DNA of 64,000 nt, taken from an uncultured Gammaproteobacteria bacterium. Its GTDB lineage: Bacteria > Patescibacteriota > Microgenomatia > UBA10105 > UBA927. The stretch spans positions 2,068 to 66,067 of the forward strand of contig CAZKLT010000002.1 of the NCBI GenBank assembly GCA_964553825.1, read 5' to 3'. Numbering within the stretch: the stretch's first letter is position 1; each line of letters starts with the position of its first letter. The position numbers and the translations under genes are program-made. Below the pieces are notes generated by a model. That model searched no databases, was not told the origin of the DNA, and was given only the letters and a program-made list of their open reading frames with translations. This document shows positions 18,357 to 27,842 of the stretch, piece after piece.

Positions 18357-18990
18357 ATTGCGTCATGCCCTGCTCATCGACTTCCTTCTCAAGGGCGGAA
18401 AGATTCGGTATAACAATCATGCGTCTGCTGTATTCTATGAGTCTTTTTTTCTTGAGCGCCTCAATCTGAAGACTTGCGGTTTCTCGCGTTGTTCCAATCC
18501 ACGCGGCTATCTCTTTATGAGTCAGGGGCAAGGATAACTTTCCAGTCTGATTCTCACCGAAGTTCTTGGCGTAATACAAGAGCAAAAGGACAACCTTGTG
18601 GTACGCCGATTCAAAAACTAAGTGTTCCATGCGCATAAGCACCCCGCTTAAACCATGAAGAATACGGGAAAATACACGCTCAGTTTCTCCTGGATTTTGC
18701 TTCAGGAATCGTCGAACCTCTTCTCTGGGTGCGCGCAAAATTTCAACCGGCGTCAATGCCTCAAAATAATACCGATTCGGCGTGTCATTAATCACCCAGG
18801 TCATCGGGAAAAAACTTCCGGGTCGGTATACATGCACTACGAGCATGTCTCCGTTCTGCGCAATGAAACTTTGCCGCACAAATCCTTTCTTCAGATACAG
18901 AACTCCTGCCGGAGGGTCCCCTGCGCGAAGCACCACTTCGCCTTTAGCATAGGTAAGTTTGGTAAATTGGGAGAAAAAGACGTCAATCAT
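18340..18990 (-). CDS. Crp/Fnr-family transcriptional regulator
   Basis: cNMP-binding beta-barrel followed by a C-terminal HTH (TRETASLQIEALKKKRLI). Confidence 0.8.
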   Translation of the reverse strand: MIDVFFSQFTKLTYAKGEVVLRAGDPPAGVLYLKKGFVRQSFIAQNGDMLVVHVYRPGSFFPMTWVINDTPNRYYFEALTPVEILRAPREEVRRFLKQNPGETERVFSRILHGLSGVLMRMEHLVFESAYHKVVLLLLYYAKNFGENQTGKLSLPLTHKEIAAWIGTTRETASLQIEALKKKRLIEYSRRMIVIPNLSALEKEVDEQGMTQFNGMS

Positions 18991-19073
18991 GCCTTTACTA
19001 TACACCGTTTTTACGAAAACGGTGTAATCTATCGTACATATTCTTGATAGGGTACTTCAGGTACAATAGGACT

Positions 19074-19511
19074 ATGTCAAAATCAACTTCATTGAATCGC
19101 GCTATTTTCATTCTCTCTCTTTTGGGTATTATTATTGCCATATATGTCCTCCAGGGATTTATCCGCCAAGCACCGATTGTCTGCGTGAATACGGGCTGTG
19201 AACTCGTGCGAAAAAATCCGGCGAGTTATCTATTCGGCGTCGTCCCTGTCCCCGCAGTCGGACTTGTGGGATACACCATTCTTGCCATCTGCGCATTCCT
19301 GCGTACAACCCAGCTTACCCAAAAAACAGCGACACTCGTAACGCGCATCATGCTTGGCATGGGTGCTTTTGGCGTTGCGTTTGTGGCGTGGTTTACTTAT
19401 ACGGAGATATTCGTTATTCGGGGAATCTGCACCTGGTGTGCTATATCGGCCGTGAATATGGTTGTTGTTTTCGTCCTGACACTGAAGGGACTGAAGAAAG
19501 GAACGATATGA
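19074..19511 (+). CDS. vitamin K epoxide reductase (VKOR) family protein
   Basis: CVNTGC loop cysteines and CTWC active-site motif. 4-5 TM helices. Confidence 0.7.
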   Translation: MSKSTSLNRAIFILSLLGIIIAIYVLQGFIRQAPIVCVNTGCELVRKNPASYLFGVVPVPAVGLVGYTILAICAFLRTTQLTQKTATLVTRIMLGMGAFGVAFVAWFTYTEIFVIRGICTWCAISAVNMVVVFVLTLKGLKKGTI

Positions 19512-20143
19512 AACTCACAGACGAATCCAAAATTCTCCTGGGTATTCTGAGCGCAACCGTACTTCTCGTTGTCGGCGCAATTGTGTATTACTCCCGACCT
19601 ACTCCCCCAACGCCAGTGACTCCCATGGAGATCCTTGCCCCCGCAGACAGAAGTTATCGTGGTCCTGTAGATGCTCCGGTGGTGCTGGTCGAATTTTCGG
19701 ATTTCCAATGTCCTGCCTGTCTTGCGGCCAAACCGGTCGTCGATGCCATACTCCAAAAGTACCCCCAGGAAGTCCGATTCATCTACCGGCACTTCCCGCT
19801 TGACTCACATGTATATGGCAGGAAGGCTGCAGAGGCTGCAGAAGCGGCCAAGCAGCAGGGAAAATTCTGGGAAATGTACGACGGCTTGTTTGCCAATCAG
19901 GCATCGCTTTCTGACGAAACCGTCCGCAATCTTGCCCAATCCCTGGGTCTTCACATGGATACATTCAATCGCGACTGGAAAGACGCCACTATTGCAGCAT
20001 TCGTATCCGCGGATCGCGCAGACGGCGAAAAAGTTACCATCTTAGGGACGCCAACATTCTTTCTGAATGGGAAAAAACTTGCACCAGTCAGCTGGAGCGA
20101 CCTGATGGTTGAAGTGGAAAACGCTATCAATTCTGGTCGCTAG
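19508..20143 (+). CDS. DsbA-like thiol:disulfide oxidoreductase
   Basis: FSDFQCPAC (CPxC) motif. N-terminal TM anchor. Its start overlaps the VKOR stop (ATGA). Confidence 0.85.
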   Translation: MKLTDESKILLGILSATVLLVVGAIVYYSRPTPPTPVTPMEILAPADRSYRGPVDAPVVLVEFSDFQCPACLAAKPVVDAILQKYPQEVRFIYRHFPLDSHVYGRKAAEAAEAAKQQGKFWEMYDGLFANQASLSDETVRNLAQSLGLHMDTFNRDWKDATIAAFVSADRADGEKVTILGTPTFFLNGKKLAPVSWSDLMVEVENAINSGR

Positions 20144-20197
20144 TTCCCTCTCCCGCTCATTGACGGGCATAAAATTCAACGACTACAATCAAGAGGC

Positions 20198-21406
20198 ATG
20201 TTATATTTTGCCGAACTATCAGGGAAGCGGGTTACAGACGCGGGAGGAAAACACATCGGCAATGTAGCCGATCTGGCATTCCTGGCCTCCGGACAACCGC
20301 TTATTACGAAACTGACGATCCGCAACAACAGGGAATTTCTCAATGTCTCCCTGGCATCCGTTGCGTCTTTCAATGGCGGCATCCGACTGAAAGCAGGCTT
20401 TGAAGCGACCCAAGTCGACGAGAATGAACTTTCCATCCACACACACCTTCTGGACCAGCAAATCATCGATATCAAGGGAAACAAGGTCGTTCGCGTTAAT
20501 GACGTTGCGATACAGGAAAAACCCTATCTCGTGATTGCCGGAGTGGATGTGGGAATTTTGGGCATCGCTCGCTGGTTCCATTTGGAGCAATTTCTCAATC
20601 GTGGCCTTGCACGGTTTGGCAAAATCGTAACCAGCGACTTTCTTTCCTGGGAAAATATCCAGCCGGTTGAACTTTCGCGCGGAAAAGTTGTCCTGCGCCG
20701 CGAAGAAACCAAGCTCACGAAACTGCGACCTGAAGATTTGGCGGACCATCTGGAACGGCTTTCCCTCAAAAACCTCACAAAAATACTTGATCTGCTCCCG
20801 GATGAATATGAAGCAGACGTGGTCCAGAATCTCAATATCAGCCACCAACGAATGCTTTTCCGTTCAATTAAAGCGGAACACGCAGCGCAAATCCTCAGCC
20901 AAGCCGACCCCGACGAAGCAGTCGACATTCTGCTTACGCTTCCGCCCAAAAGACGGGAAGCAATCCTCGCCTATGTCCACGAAGAAGCCAAATCCCCTAT
21001 CAACCACCTCCTGGCCCTCTCAAAGACCGATATCGGTGAACTTGCTACCAGTGATTTCTTCACGGCAACTCCGCAGGAAAGTGCAGGAAATGTCAGACGT
21101 CGCATCAAGCATGATACGACAGCTGCCGATCCGCTGGTATACGTCTACGTTATAAATAAGAATAAGGAGCTCGTCGGCGTCTGCAATCTCCACGAACTTA
21201 TTCTGCAGGATGCGGAAGTGCCGATCTACAAATTCATGATTCCAAACGTTGTTCCCGTCTATCTGACGACGCCCCCCCAAATCGCGCTTACGAAAATGAC
21301 AAAATATAAAATTTACGCTCTACCGATTATTAATGACAAGCGGCATATTCTTGGCGTCGTCACGATGGAAGATATTTTAGAAACGCTGCAACATAAACTT
21401 ATATGA
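20198..21406 (+). CDS. soluble PRC-barrel + MgtE-N + CBS-pair protein (MgtE cytoplasmic region with no transmembrane transporter domain)
   Basis: AAGAGG RBS. Two PRC-like segments, an MgtE_N-like helical region, and two CBS motifs. No TM helices. Confidence 0.65.
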   Translation: MLYFAELSGKRVTDAGGKHIGNVADLAFLASGQPLITKLTIRNNREFLNVSLASVASFNGGIRLKAGFEATQVDENELSIHTHLLDQQIIDIKGNKVVRVNDVAIQEKPYLVIAGVDVGILGIARWFHLEQFLNRGLARFGKIVTSDFLSWENIQPVELSRGKVVLRREETKLTKLRPEDLADHLERLSLKNLTKILDLLPDEYEADVVQNLNISHQRMLFRSIKAEHAAQILSQADPDEAVDILLTLPPKRREAILAYVHEEAKSPINHLLALSKTDIGELATSDFFTATPQESAGNVRRRIKHDTTAADPLVYVYVINKNKELVGVCNLHELILQDAEVPIYKFMIPNVVPVYLTTPPQIALTKMTKYKIYALPIINDKRHILGVVTMEDILETLQHKLI

Positions 21407-22647
21407 TCGAGTGGATTCATCAACAGAAAAGAAGAATATTCGCAATGCTTGCCATCATCGGGCCTGGACTTATTACGGCATTTGCTGACAATGACGCTGC
21501 GGGCGTTTCCACCTATTCCGTCTCGGCGGCGGCATTCGGCTACGCAATACTCATCGTCACCATTCCCATGACCATACTGCTTGCCATCACACAGGAAATC
21601 GGCTCACGGATAGCCATTGTTTCCCAAAAAGGCCTTGCTGACCTCATCCGCGAACGCTACGGCGTGCGCGTCGCGCTTGGCATTTTTGGACTCATGTTTC
21701 TCGTAAATCTTGCCGTCGTCGTCATGAACATTAGCGGAATTAAATCCGCCCTCGCACTCTTTGGCTTGCCTGCTGCTGCGCTCATGCCTCTGATTGTCGC
21801 CGGACTGTATTTCTTTGTCGTACTGACAAAGTACAATACGATCGAACGGTTCTTTTTTATCCTTATCGGGTTTTATCTGACGTATGCGGTTTCCGCTTTT
21901 CTTTCCAAGCCTGACTGGGGTGCGGCAACACAGGCGCTTTTTATCCCCAACGGTGAACTGACGCCAAAATTTATTTACACCGCTATTGCCGTCATCGGGG
22001 CGACCATTACCCTTTGGGGGCAATTTTTCATCAATTCCTATGTCAAGGATAAACGGTTAACGGTCGAACATCTGAAATATAGCAGACTTGAAGTCTATCT
22101 GGGAGCCCTTTTAACGAACTTGTTTTCGTTTTTTATGATGGTTGCCGTCATTGCCACACTGTACGTCCGCAATATCCCGATAACCGATGCAGCAGGGGCA
22201 TCTATTGCCATCCGCCCATTTGCAGGTGAATTTGCGGGCATCCTGTTTGGCCTGGGTCTGTTTATTGCGGGGACACTTGGATGTATCATCGTCTCCCTTT
22301 CTACTGCGTATGCATTCTCAGAATTTTTCGGTTACTCAGGAAGTCTTGATGAAAATTTCCGCAAAAGCCGCCTTTTTTATACGATGCTACTGATCCAGCT
22401 TGTTTTAGGGACGCTCATTGTCATGTCTCCCAAAGTGTCGCTTTTTTCCATAACACTTATCGGCAACTTCATCAACGGCGGCGTTCTGCCGGTCGTTCTG
22501 TATTTTCTGTATCAGTTTGCGAATAACGAAAGGATCATGGGTGAATACACAAATACAAAAACACAGAATGTTATCCTCGCCGGATCTGCGGTCTTCATCT
22601 CAGCGGCCACGCTTTTTGGAATTGCGGGACAACTACTGGGCCTCTAA
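21403..22647 (+). CDS. NRAMP-family transporter homologue with non-canonical metal-site motifs
   Basis: GPGLITAFADNDAAG (TM1) and IGATITLWGQF (TM6) align to the NRAMP DPGN and MPH motifs but diverge from them. Its start overlaps the upstream stop (ATGA). Confidence 0.75.
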   Translation: MIEWIHQQKRRIFAMLAIIGPGLITAFADNDAAGVSTYSVSAAAFGYAILIVTIPMTILLAITQEIGSRIAIVSQKGLADLIRERYGVRVALGIFGLMFLVNLAVVVMNISGIKSALALFGLPAAALMPLIVAGLYFFVVLTKYNTIERFFFILIGFYLTYAVSAFLSKPDWGAATQALFIPNGELTPKFIYTAIAVIGATITLWGQFFINSYVKDKRLTVEHLKYSRLEVYLGALLTNLFSFFMMVAVIATLYVRNIPITDAAGASIAIRPFAGEFAGILFGLGLFIAGTLGCIIVSLSTAYAFSEFFGYSGSLDENFRKSRLFYTMLLIQLVLGTLIVMSPKVSLFSITLIGNFINGGVLPVVLYFLYQFANNERIMGEYTNTKTQNVILAGSAVFISAATLFGIAGQLLGL

Positions 22648-23324
22648 AGATAAAGCGCCACGGTCATATTCCAGAAGATATGAACCAGAATCGGGGCAAC
22701 GAGCGACCTGGTGGTTGCAAATAATATGCTATTGGCAAACGCCAAAATAAAATCGGTCACGAAGAACAGAATAAGGGTCGATCCCGTCAGTTTATTGATC
22801 GTCACGAGCATAGGAACATGAAGACAAAGGAATAAAACAGCGCCGATAAAGGCGGCCTTCATGAGGCTTCCCGTTTTTTCGTGGAGTCGGTTAAACACAA
22901 AGCCGCGGCTTAATAACTCTTCGGAAAATGCCGTTGCCAGAGAGACAATGATAAGAAAGAATCCATATTCCCGGAATGCGGCAATCGGATTAACGTCAAC
23001 ACTTCCGTATTTCAGCGCGTGTGCAAGGAGTCCCTCAATGGCAAATACCATGCCAAACCCAAGCCCAATGTAGATGCTCTTAAAAAAGTTTTCTCCGGTA
23101 AGACCGATCGAAGCCAAGCTTCTTCCCTCTTTCTTGAGGACATACCAAAGAACCGGCGCCACGAACACAAGCGGTTTGAACACAAATTCATCCGCCCACT
23201 CGGGAACACTCACAAAATACCGGTACAGACTCCACGCCAAAAGAATCCACGCCCACAGTCGGTAAATAGGCTCAGGTGAAGATGTCTCAGAAGCGGTAGA
23301 TTTCGTTCCCATTACTATTACCAT
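22644..23324 (-). CDS. CPBP-family intramembrane metalloprotease (CAAX protease-like)
   Basis: EELLSRG, FxxxH and HxxxN motifs. Confidence 0.75.
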   Translation of the reverse strand: MVIVMGTKSTASETSSPEPIYRLWAWILLAWSLYRYFVSVPEWADEFVFKPLVFVAPVLWYVLKKEGRSLASIGLTGENFFKSIYIGLGFGMVFAIEGLLAHALKYGSVDVNPIAAFREYGFFLIIVSLATAFSEELLSRGFVFNRLHEKTGSLMKAAFIGAVLFLCLHVPMLVTINKLTGSTLILFFVTDFILAFANSILFATTRSLVAPILVHIFWNMTVALYL

Positions 23325-23363
23325 ACCTTCTTCTCCCCGAAATGCGCAAGAGGCAGGCGTACC

Positions 23364-23861
23364 CTACTGCTGTTTTTCCCGGGGAGAAATATGCGCCTGA
23401 GTAACAGCCAGTTGCATCGCGTCAAGAATAAGCTGAATTGTTTCCTTGGCCCGGTCAAGTGTTAGGGCCCGATAGTTATGAGGAAAATAGTGAAACACCA
23501 GATTTCGACCGGTTTTCCACGCTTCCCAAAGGGCTTGAGCGAGGGGCTCTCCATATTTATCCTTCAGCTGGGCATAGGCGCTTCTTTGATGGAGCCGGGA
23601 AACAAGATGTGGTGAAAGCGCCTTACCGATGCGGAAACGGTCACTGACATACTGGCTTTTATCGATAATGCCCGTATCCAGAAAAAGTTGCTTGAGAAAT
23701 CCTTCATAAAGTTTTGCAAAAGGGAAAACAAGATATGAATAGTCCGTGGGCTCGCGGTCACGATGATGCGCGCTATCCTCCACCAAGAATGTTCCGTCTT
23801 CCAGGAGTGTTTGTTGGGTCGGTGAAAGATACCGCCAAAGCAATGAATTTTTCTCGATCAT
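23364..23861 (-). CDS. hypothetical protein (possible HEPN-like Rx4H motif)
   Basis: 165 aa. GRNLVFH near the C-terminus. No confident domain. Confidence 0.35.
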   Translation of the reverse strand: MIEKNSLLWRYLSPTQQTLLEDGTFLVEDSAHHRDREPTDYSYLVFPFAKLYEGFLKQLFLDTGIIDKSQYVSDRFRIGKALSPHLVSRLHQRSAYAQLKDKYGEPLAQALWEAWKTGRNLVFHYFPHNYRALTLDRAKETIQLILDAMQLAVTQAHISPREKQQ

Positions 23862-24340
23862 CGGACGAAAAGAAATGTCTCAACCAAAAACACAAACATA
23901 AACCCGATAAGCACCCACAGCTGTGTCTTTGGGCTTACGGGACCGGCAACCATCCGATACCAATCATCAAGATTCTTCTGAATCTGCCATTGTCCTACCT
24001 GCCAAAGCACCAGCGTAAGATACAGCGAAAGAACAAGGCCGGTTGCCAACGGTGAACCCGAGGACGTCACGACAAACATGCTCACCGGAACAAACGCTCC
24101 CAAAAAAACGATCGACCGGAACGGAGACGGCGTCAACGCAAAAAAAACCTCCGCGATATCCAAAAAATACACACCCAAAACGCCACCCAGCATAAACCAC
24201 GCTGTCGCCCACTGTGGATGAATGTTCCATTTGAAAAACGCCGCTATAACGAGATATATAAGCGATACGAAAAGAAAAAACGCAGGCTTCCGTCTGATAA
24301 TGGCTTTTATTTTTTCAACATCCATAGGGATAGCTCTCAA
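23858..24340 (-). CDS. hypothetical polytopic membrane protein
   Basis: 4-5 TM helices. Its stop overlaps the next gene's start. Confidence 0.5.
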   Translation of the reverse strand: MRAIPMDVEKIKAIIRRKPAFFLFVSLIYLVIAAFFKWNIHPQWATAWFMLGGVLGVYFLDIAEVFFALTPSPFRSIVFLGAFVPVSMFVVTSSGSPLATGLVLSLYLTLVLWQVGQWQIQKNLDDWYRMVAGPVSPKTQLWVLIGFMFVFLVETFLFVR

Positions 24341-24613
24341 TTAGTATAACACCTCAAATCTCAGGAATTCCCCGTTTCCCTCACCCCACTGAATATCAAG
24401 GTGCTCTACCCAAGCAACATCAGGCCCTTGGCGAACCTGATCAACAAACATCTTAAGCACCTCAGCAGATCCTTCCGCAACTATTGCGACGGTGCCGTTG
24501 TCTCTGTTTTGCACCCACCCGGTCAATGAGAGCGCCTTTGCCAGCCGCTTCGTCCATGCCCGAAATCCGACGCCCTGGACATCCCCGGAAACAATAAGGA
24601 AAACACGCTTCAT
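24341..24613 (-). CDS. acyP: acylphosphatase
   Basis: VSGDVQGVGFR motif. 90 aa. Confidence 0.9.
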   Translation of the reverse strand: MKRVFLIVSGDVQGVGFRAWTKRLAKALSLTGWVQNRDNGTVAIVAEGSAEVLKMFVDQVRQGPDVAWVEHLDIQWGEGNGEFLRFEVLY

Positions 24614-25815
24614 TCCACCTGCTCGACACTCAGGTCAAGCCTCCATACAGTCCCGGTCTTTTCGCTGTCGCGCAACCACTCTCGGTTATCGGGTTGCACG
24701 GGGTTTTGCTGGAGAAATTGGACAAGAGCGCGGATATCTGGATCTAGCCGCAATACCTCTAATTTACGCGCGATCGGCGATACATCATTGAGCGGATGCA
24801 CCGCATCAGTGACGACAATTCTGGTAATAAGCGGATGAGTCAAATGATCCATTGCCGTCAGCGTGCTATCCGTCACATTAGCAAATATTCCTTTTACGGC
24901 ACACACGGTGAGACTGTTGGCGCTTCCACTAAGCGCCTCTGCGATCTTGAACGTCGTGCCCGCCTCGCGCACTTCATCATCCATCATCACCACGTTGCAC
25001 TGGTTATCCCGGATATACGCAAGCACGGGTTGCGGAATTTCAATCGTGGGCATGCCATTTCCTGTTCTATTGCGTACTTTCACTGCAGAGCCCATGGGCG
25101 CACGAAGAACGGAAGCAAGGATACGAGCCTCGTCTTTGCGCCCCTTGTCCGGTCCCATGACAAAAACATTGGGAATTCCCTCCAGGCCCGCCTCTTTTGT
25201 CAAAAACTTAAATCCATCAAGCGGTAAAAGCGGGAATCCTTCCCGAAGGGCTAATTCTGTGGACCGCAGCGAATGCGGATGCGTAATAAATCCTGCGTCG
25301 ATGTATCCACGATCGGTCAAAATTTCAACCGAATCCTTCAGGGTGGTTACATGAGGAAGCGTGGTACCGTTTTGCGTAAATGTATGATCCTGTCGCTCAT
25401 GAGGAAGTGCTGTTAAAACGGTCACAATGGTTTCAACACCCATTTCCTTATAGGTACGCGCCAGCCCGCGAAGTCCGAAAAGATGATCCGCAAAGATGGT
25501 GCTTGCCACAAGAAATACGGTTTTTGGGATACGTCCGTACGTCGCGTTTAGATCGACAACAACAGGAATAAGCGACCCGTCCCCATAGCGCTTCACAGAC
25601 ATTTGACTATTTCCCTGGGGAGCGGCCCCGATACCCGTATAGACCAGTTCCGCGTCGGCAAAAAGCGCTTCTTTCCCCCGAAATTTATCTTCCCACAATC
25701 GTCGCGCCTGACCACCGAAACTCTCTTCCAGGGAAATTATCGGTTCATAGTTTGGGGGGGCAAAATTGTCAAGGTCTGAAGATTTGGTCTCGATTTCTCT
25801 GAGGTTACCTGTCAT
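24610..25815 (-). CDS. ribose-phosphate pyrophosphokinase-like protein (divergent PRPP synthetase)
   Basis: PRTase motif VVMMDDEVREAGTT. The N-terminal Prs-like domain includes HERQDH. It has an N-terminal extension. Confidence 0.55.
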   Translation of the reverse strand: MTGNLREIETKSSDLDNFAPPNYEPIISLEESFGGQARRLWEDKFRGKEALFADAELVYTGIGAAPQGNSQMSVKRYGDGSLIPVVVDLNATYGRIPKTVFLVASTIFADHLFGLRGLARTYKEMGVETIVTVLTALPHERQDHTFTQNGTTLPHVTTLKDSVEILTDRGYIDAGFITHPHSLRSTELALREGFPLLPLDGFKFLTKEAGLEGIPNVFVMGPDKGRKDEARILASVLRAPMGSAVKVRNRTGNGMPTIEIPQPVLAYIRDNQCNVVMMDDEVREAGTTFKIAEALSGSANSLTVCAVKGIFANVTDSTLTAMDHLTHPLITRIVVTDAVHPLNDVSPIARKLEVLRLDPDIRALVQFLQQNPVQPDNREWLRDSEKTGTVWRLDLSVEQVE

Positions 25816-25881
25816 AGTCGTTCATACGCGCTCTGATGAGGCGACTATAATCCTCTGCACTTACACAGTCAAGCGCTCCTA

Positions 25882-26151
25882 CTACTCTTCACCCTGCTTT
25901 AGCTTCCGCATTTTCCACATAAACAATCGTGCTTTGCTTTTGGCATTGGCATCTTTCACAAATGACAGGGCTTTTTCAAGAACAGCACGAGGTACCGTTT
26001 TGGCAAGTCGTATGTAGAGGGATTTGTGTTTATAATCGCCCAATGTCTCGGCCAGATAAATACCGTAGGACTGGAATTCACGGGAAATGTATTTATCTTC
26101 CAGGGGGTTAAACTTGGTAAGGATATCGCCGATGCGGGAAACGTTTCCCAT
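25882..26151 (-). CDS. hypothetical small basic protein
   Basis: 89 aa ORF between pth and the prs-like gene. Confidence 0.4.
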   Translation of the reverse strand: MGNVSRIGDILTKFNPLEDKYISREFQSYGIYLAETLGDYKHKSLYIRLAKTVPRAVLEKALSFVKDANAKSKARLFMWKMRKLKQGEE

Positions 26152-26153
26152 AC

Positions 26154-26744
26154 TTAATTAAAGCGATTCATCGCTTTATCTATACCGTCGGTAAGCAATA
26201 TTCGGGTAGCTTGAACACCATATTTGATGAGTTTTCTCAGTGATCCTGCCTCAGAGAGAGTAAATTTGGACAAAACAAACCGGATAACGGCAGCCTGCGG
26301 ACGTGTTCTGTCGGCCACAACACCCTTACGCGGCGCGTCACGACCAATCCCCAGTCGAATACGGACAAACGCATCACTTCCCATTTCCCGGATAAGGGAA
26401 TCAATGCCATGGTGTCCGGCAGACGCTCCCCCCGTACGTATCCGTATTTTTCCGAGCGGCAAATCCAGATCATCATGAACAACAACCACATCCGTTGGCT
26501 TCAACTTAAAAAAGGACACAAGGCTTTGGACGGCCAAACCGCTTGCATTCATAAGGGTCTGCGGCTTGACGAGAATGACATCACCGGTTTTAAGGATCTC
26601 CGCGTTATGCTTTTTTTCAAAGGACCAAACAGCGTCAGATGAGCCCAACTCATGCGCTAATTTCTCCAGCACCATAAAGCCGATATTATGTCGGGTGTCT
26701 TTGTACTGTCCGCCGGGGTTACCCAATCCTACGATAAGTTTCAT
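26154..26744 (-). CDS. pth: peptidyl-tRNA hydrolase
   Basis: MKLIVGLGNPG ... HNIGF motifs. Confidence 0.9.
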   Translation of the reverse strand: MKLIVGLGNPGGQYKDTRHNIGFMVLEKLAHELGSSDAVWSFEKKHNAEILKTGDVILVKPQTLMNASGLAVQSLVSFFKLKPTDVVVVHDDLDLPLGKIRIRTGGASAGHHGIDSLIREMGSDAFVRIRLGIGRDAPRKGVVADRTRPQAAVIRFVLSKFTLSEAGSLRKLIKYGVQATRILLTDGIDKAMNRFN

Positions 26745-27373
26745 AACGTTCTTCCAAGACATTCTACCACGTCTTCATCAGATACTTGCCGGAAATCCTC
26801 ATAGTACTGTCCTACCGACTCAAAATCACGAGGTGTTTCAAGCACAATACACTGTGCAACCTCTGGCACGAGATCACGCACGGCAGCCTCATGTGCCACC
26901 GGAAGCCCAACAGAGATCCGTTTGGCTTTTTTGGTGTTGCACCACTTGATCGCAGCTTGCATGGTGGCTCCTGTTGCTGCGCCGTCATCGACCAAAAGTA
27001 TCGACTTGCCTTGCACAACCAAGGGCTTTTTTCCCTTTCTATACATCTGCGTGCGCTTGGTAATCTGGTCATTTAAAGCAGTTATCTGACTTTGCATAAA
27101 AACTTCGTCTGCCCCCGATATTGCTGCCATTCTCCAATTAATGCGCCGTATTCCATTTGGCGCGAGTGCACCCAGGGCCAATTCCGGATTTCCCGGGGAA
27201 GGAATTTTTCGTACGACCAGCACGTCCAGGGGAAGCGCGAGTGCATGCGAGAGTGCACCCGCAACGATAACTCCCCCGCGCGCAAGCCCAATCACACAAT
27301 CAATAGTCCCCATCAGGGATGTACATTTTTCAGAGAGGAGGATGCCGGCGTTTACCCTATCCTTGAAAATCAC
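26741..27373 (-). CDS. type I phosphoribosyltransferase
   Basis: ILLVDDGAATGATM PRPP-binding motif. Confidence 0.75.
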   Translation of the reverse strand: MIFKDRVNAGILLSEKCTSLMGTIDCVIGLARGGVIVAGALSHALALPLDVLVVRKIPSPGNPELALGALAPNGIRRINWRMAAISGADEVFMQSQITALNDQITKRTQMYRKGKKPLVVQGKSILLVDDGAATGATMQAAIKWCNTKKAKRISVGLPVAHEAAVRDLVPEVAQCIVLETPRDFESVGQYYEDFRQVSDEDVVECLGRTL

Positions 27374-27445
27374 GTAATTAGCACCTACTCACACCGCGTC
27401 GGCGGTCAGGTGCTAATCATGCGTCTTTCACGGCGCACAATTTAC

Positions 27446-27784
27446 CTACTTCATCTTCGCAAGCTGCTTTTCTGCCATTTCTCCTACGTACGGAACTTTG
27501 TACATTTCACCTTGGAACGCTTTCCACATACACATAATCCACAAAACAAATGCGACGAAGGAAAGCAGTAATCCAGCGAGCCAACCAAGAATCGGGACGA
27601 ATCCAAGCGCCATGTTGATAACAAAGATGCCACCAAAAAGGAGCACGGATTGCATTGCATGGAACCGCACGAACTTGCTCTGCTTTTCGACGAGAAGAAG
27701 AATAACTCCTGTTATGAATCCCAACAGGTACGAAGCTGCACCCATGAGATTTTCATTGCCTTTCGGTTCTGCCATTTGTATCAC
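27446..27784 (-). CDS. DUF4870-like small membrane protein
   Basis: GAASYLLGFITG ... RFHAMQS pattern. 3 TM helices. Confidence 0.5.
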   Translation of the reverse strand: MIQMAEPKGNENLMGAASYLLGFITGVILLLVEKQSKFVRFHAMQSVLLFGGIFVINMALGFVPILGWLAGLLLSFVAFVLWIMCMWKAFQGEMYKVPYVGEMAEKQLAKMK

Positions 27785-27842
27785 CTCCTCTTCTATCTTC
27801 AGATTACCACGGCGCGATTTGACGAGTCAATATATAAAAACC

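Noticed and set aside
23364-23861. HEPN toxin call for the 165-aa protein
   Set aside because: Only a single Rx4H match (GRNLVFH). There is no adjacent nucleotidyltransferase or antitoxin-like partner. I kept it as hypothetical.
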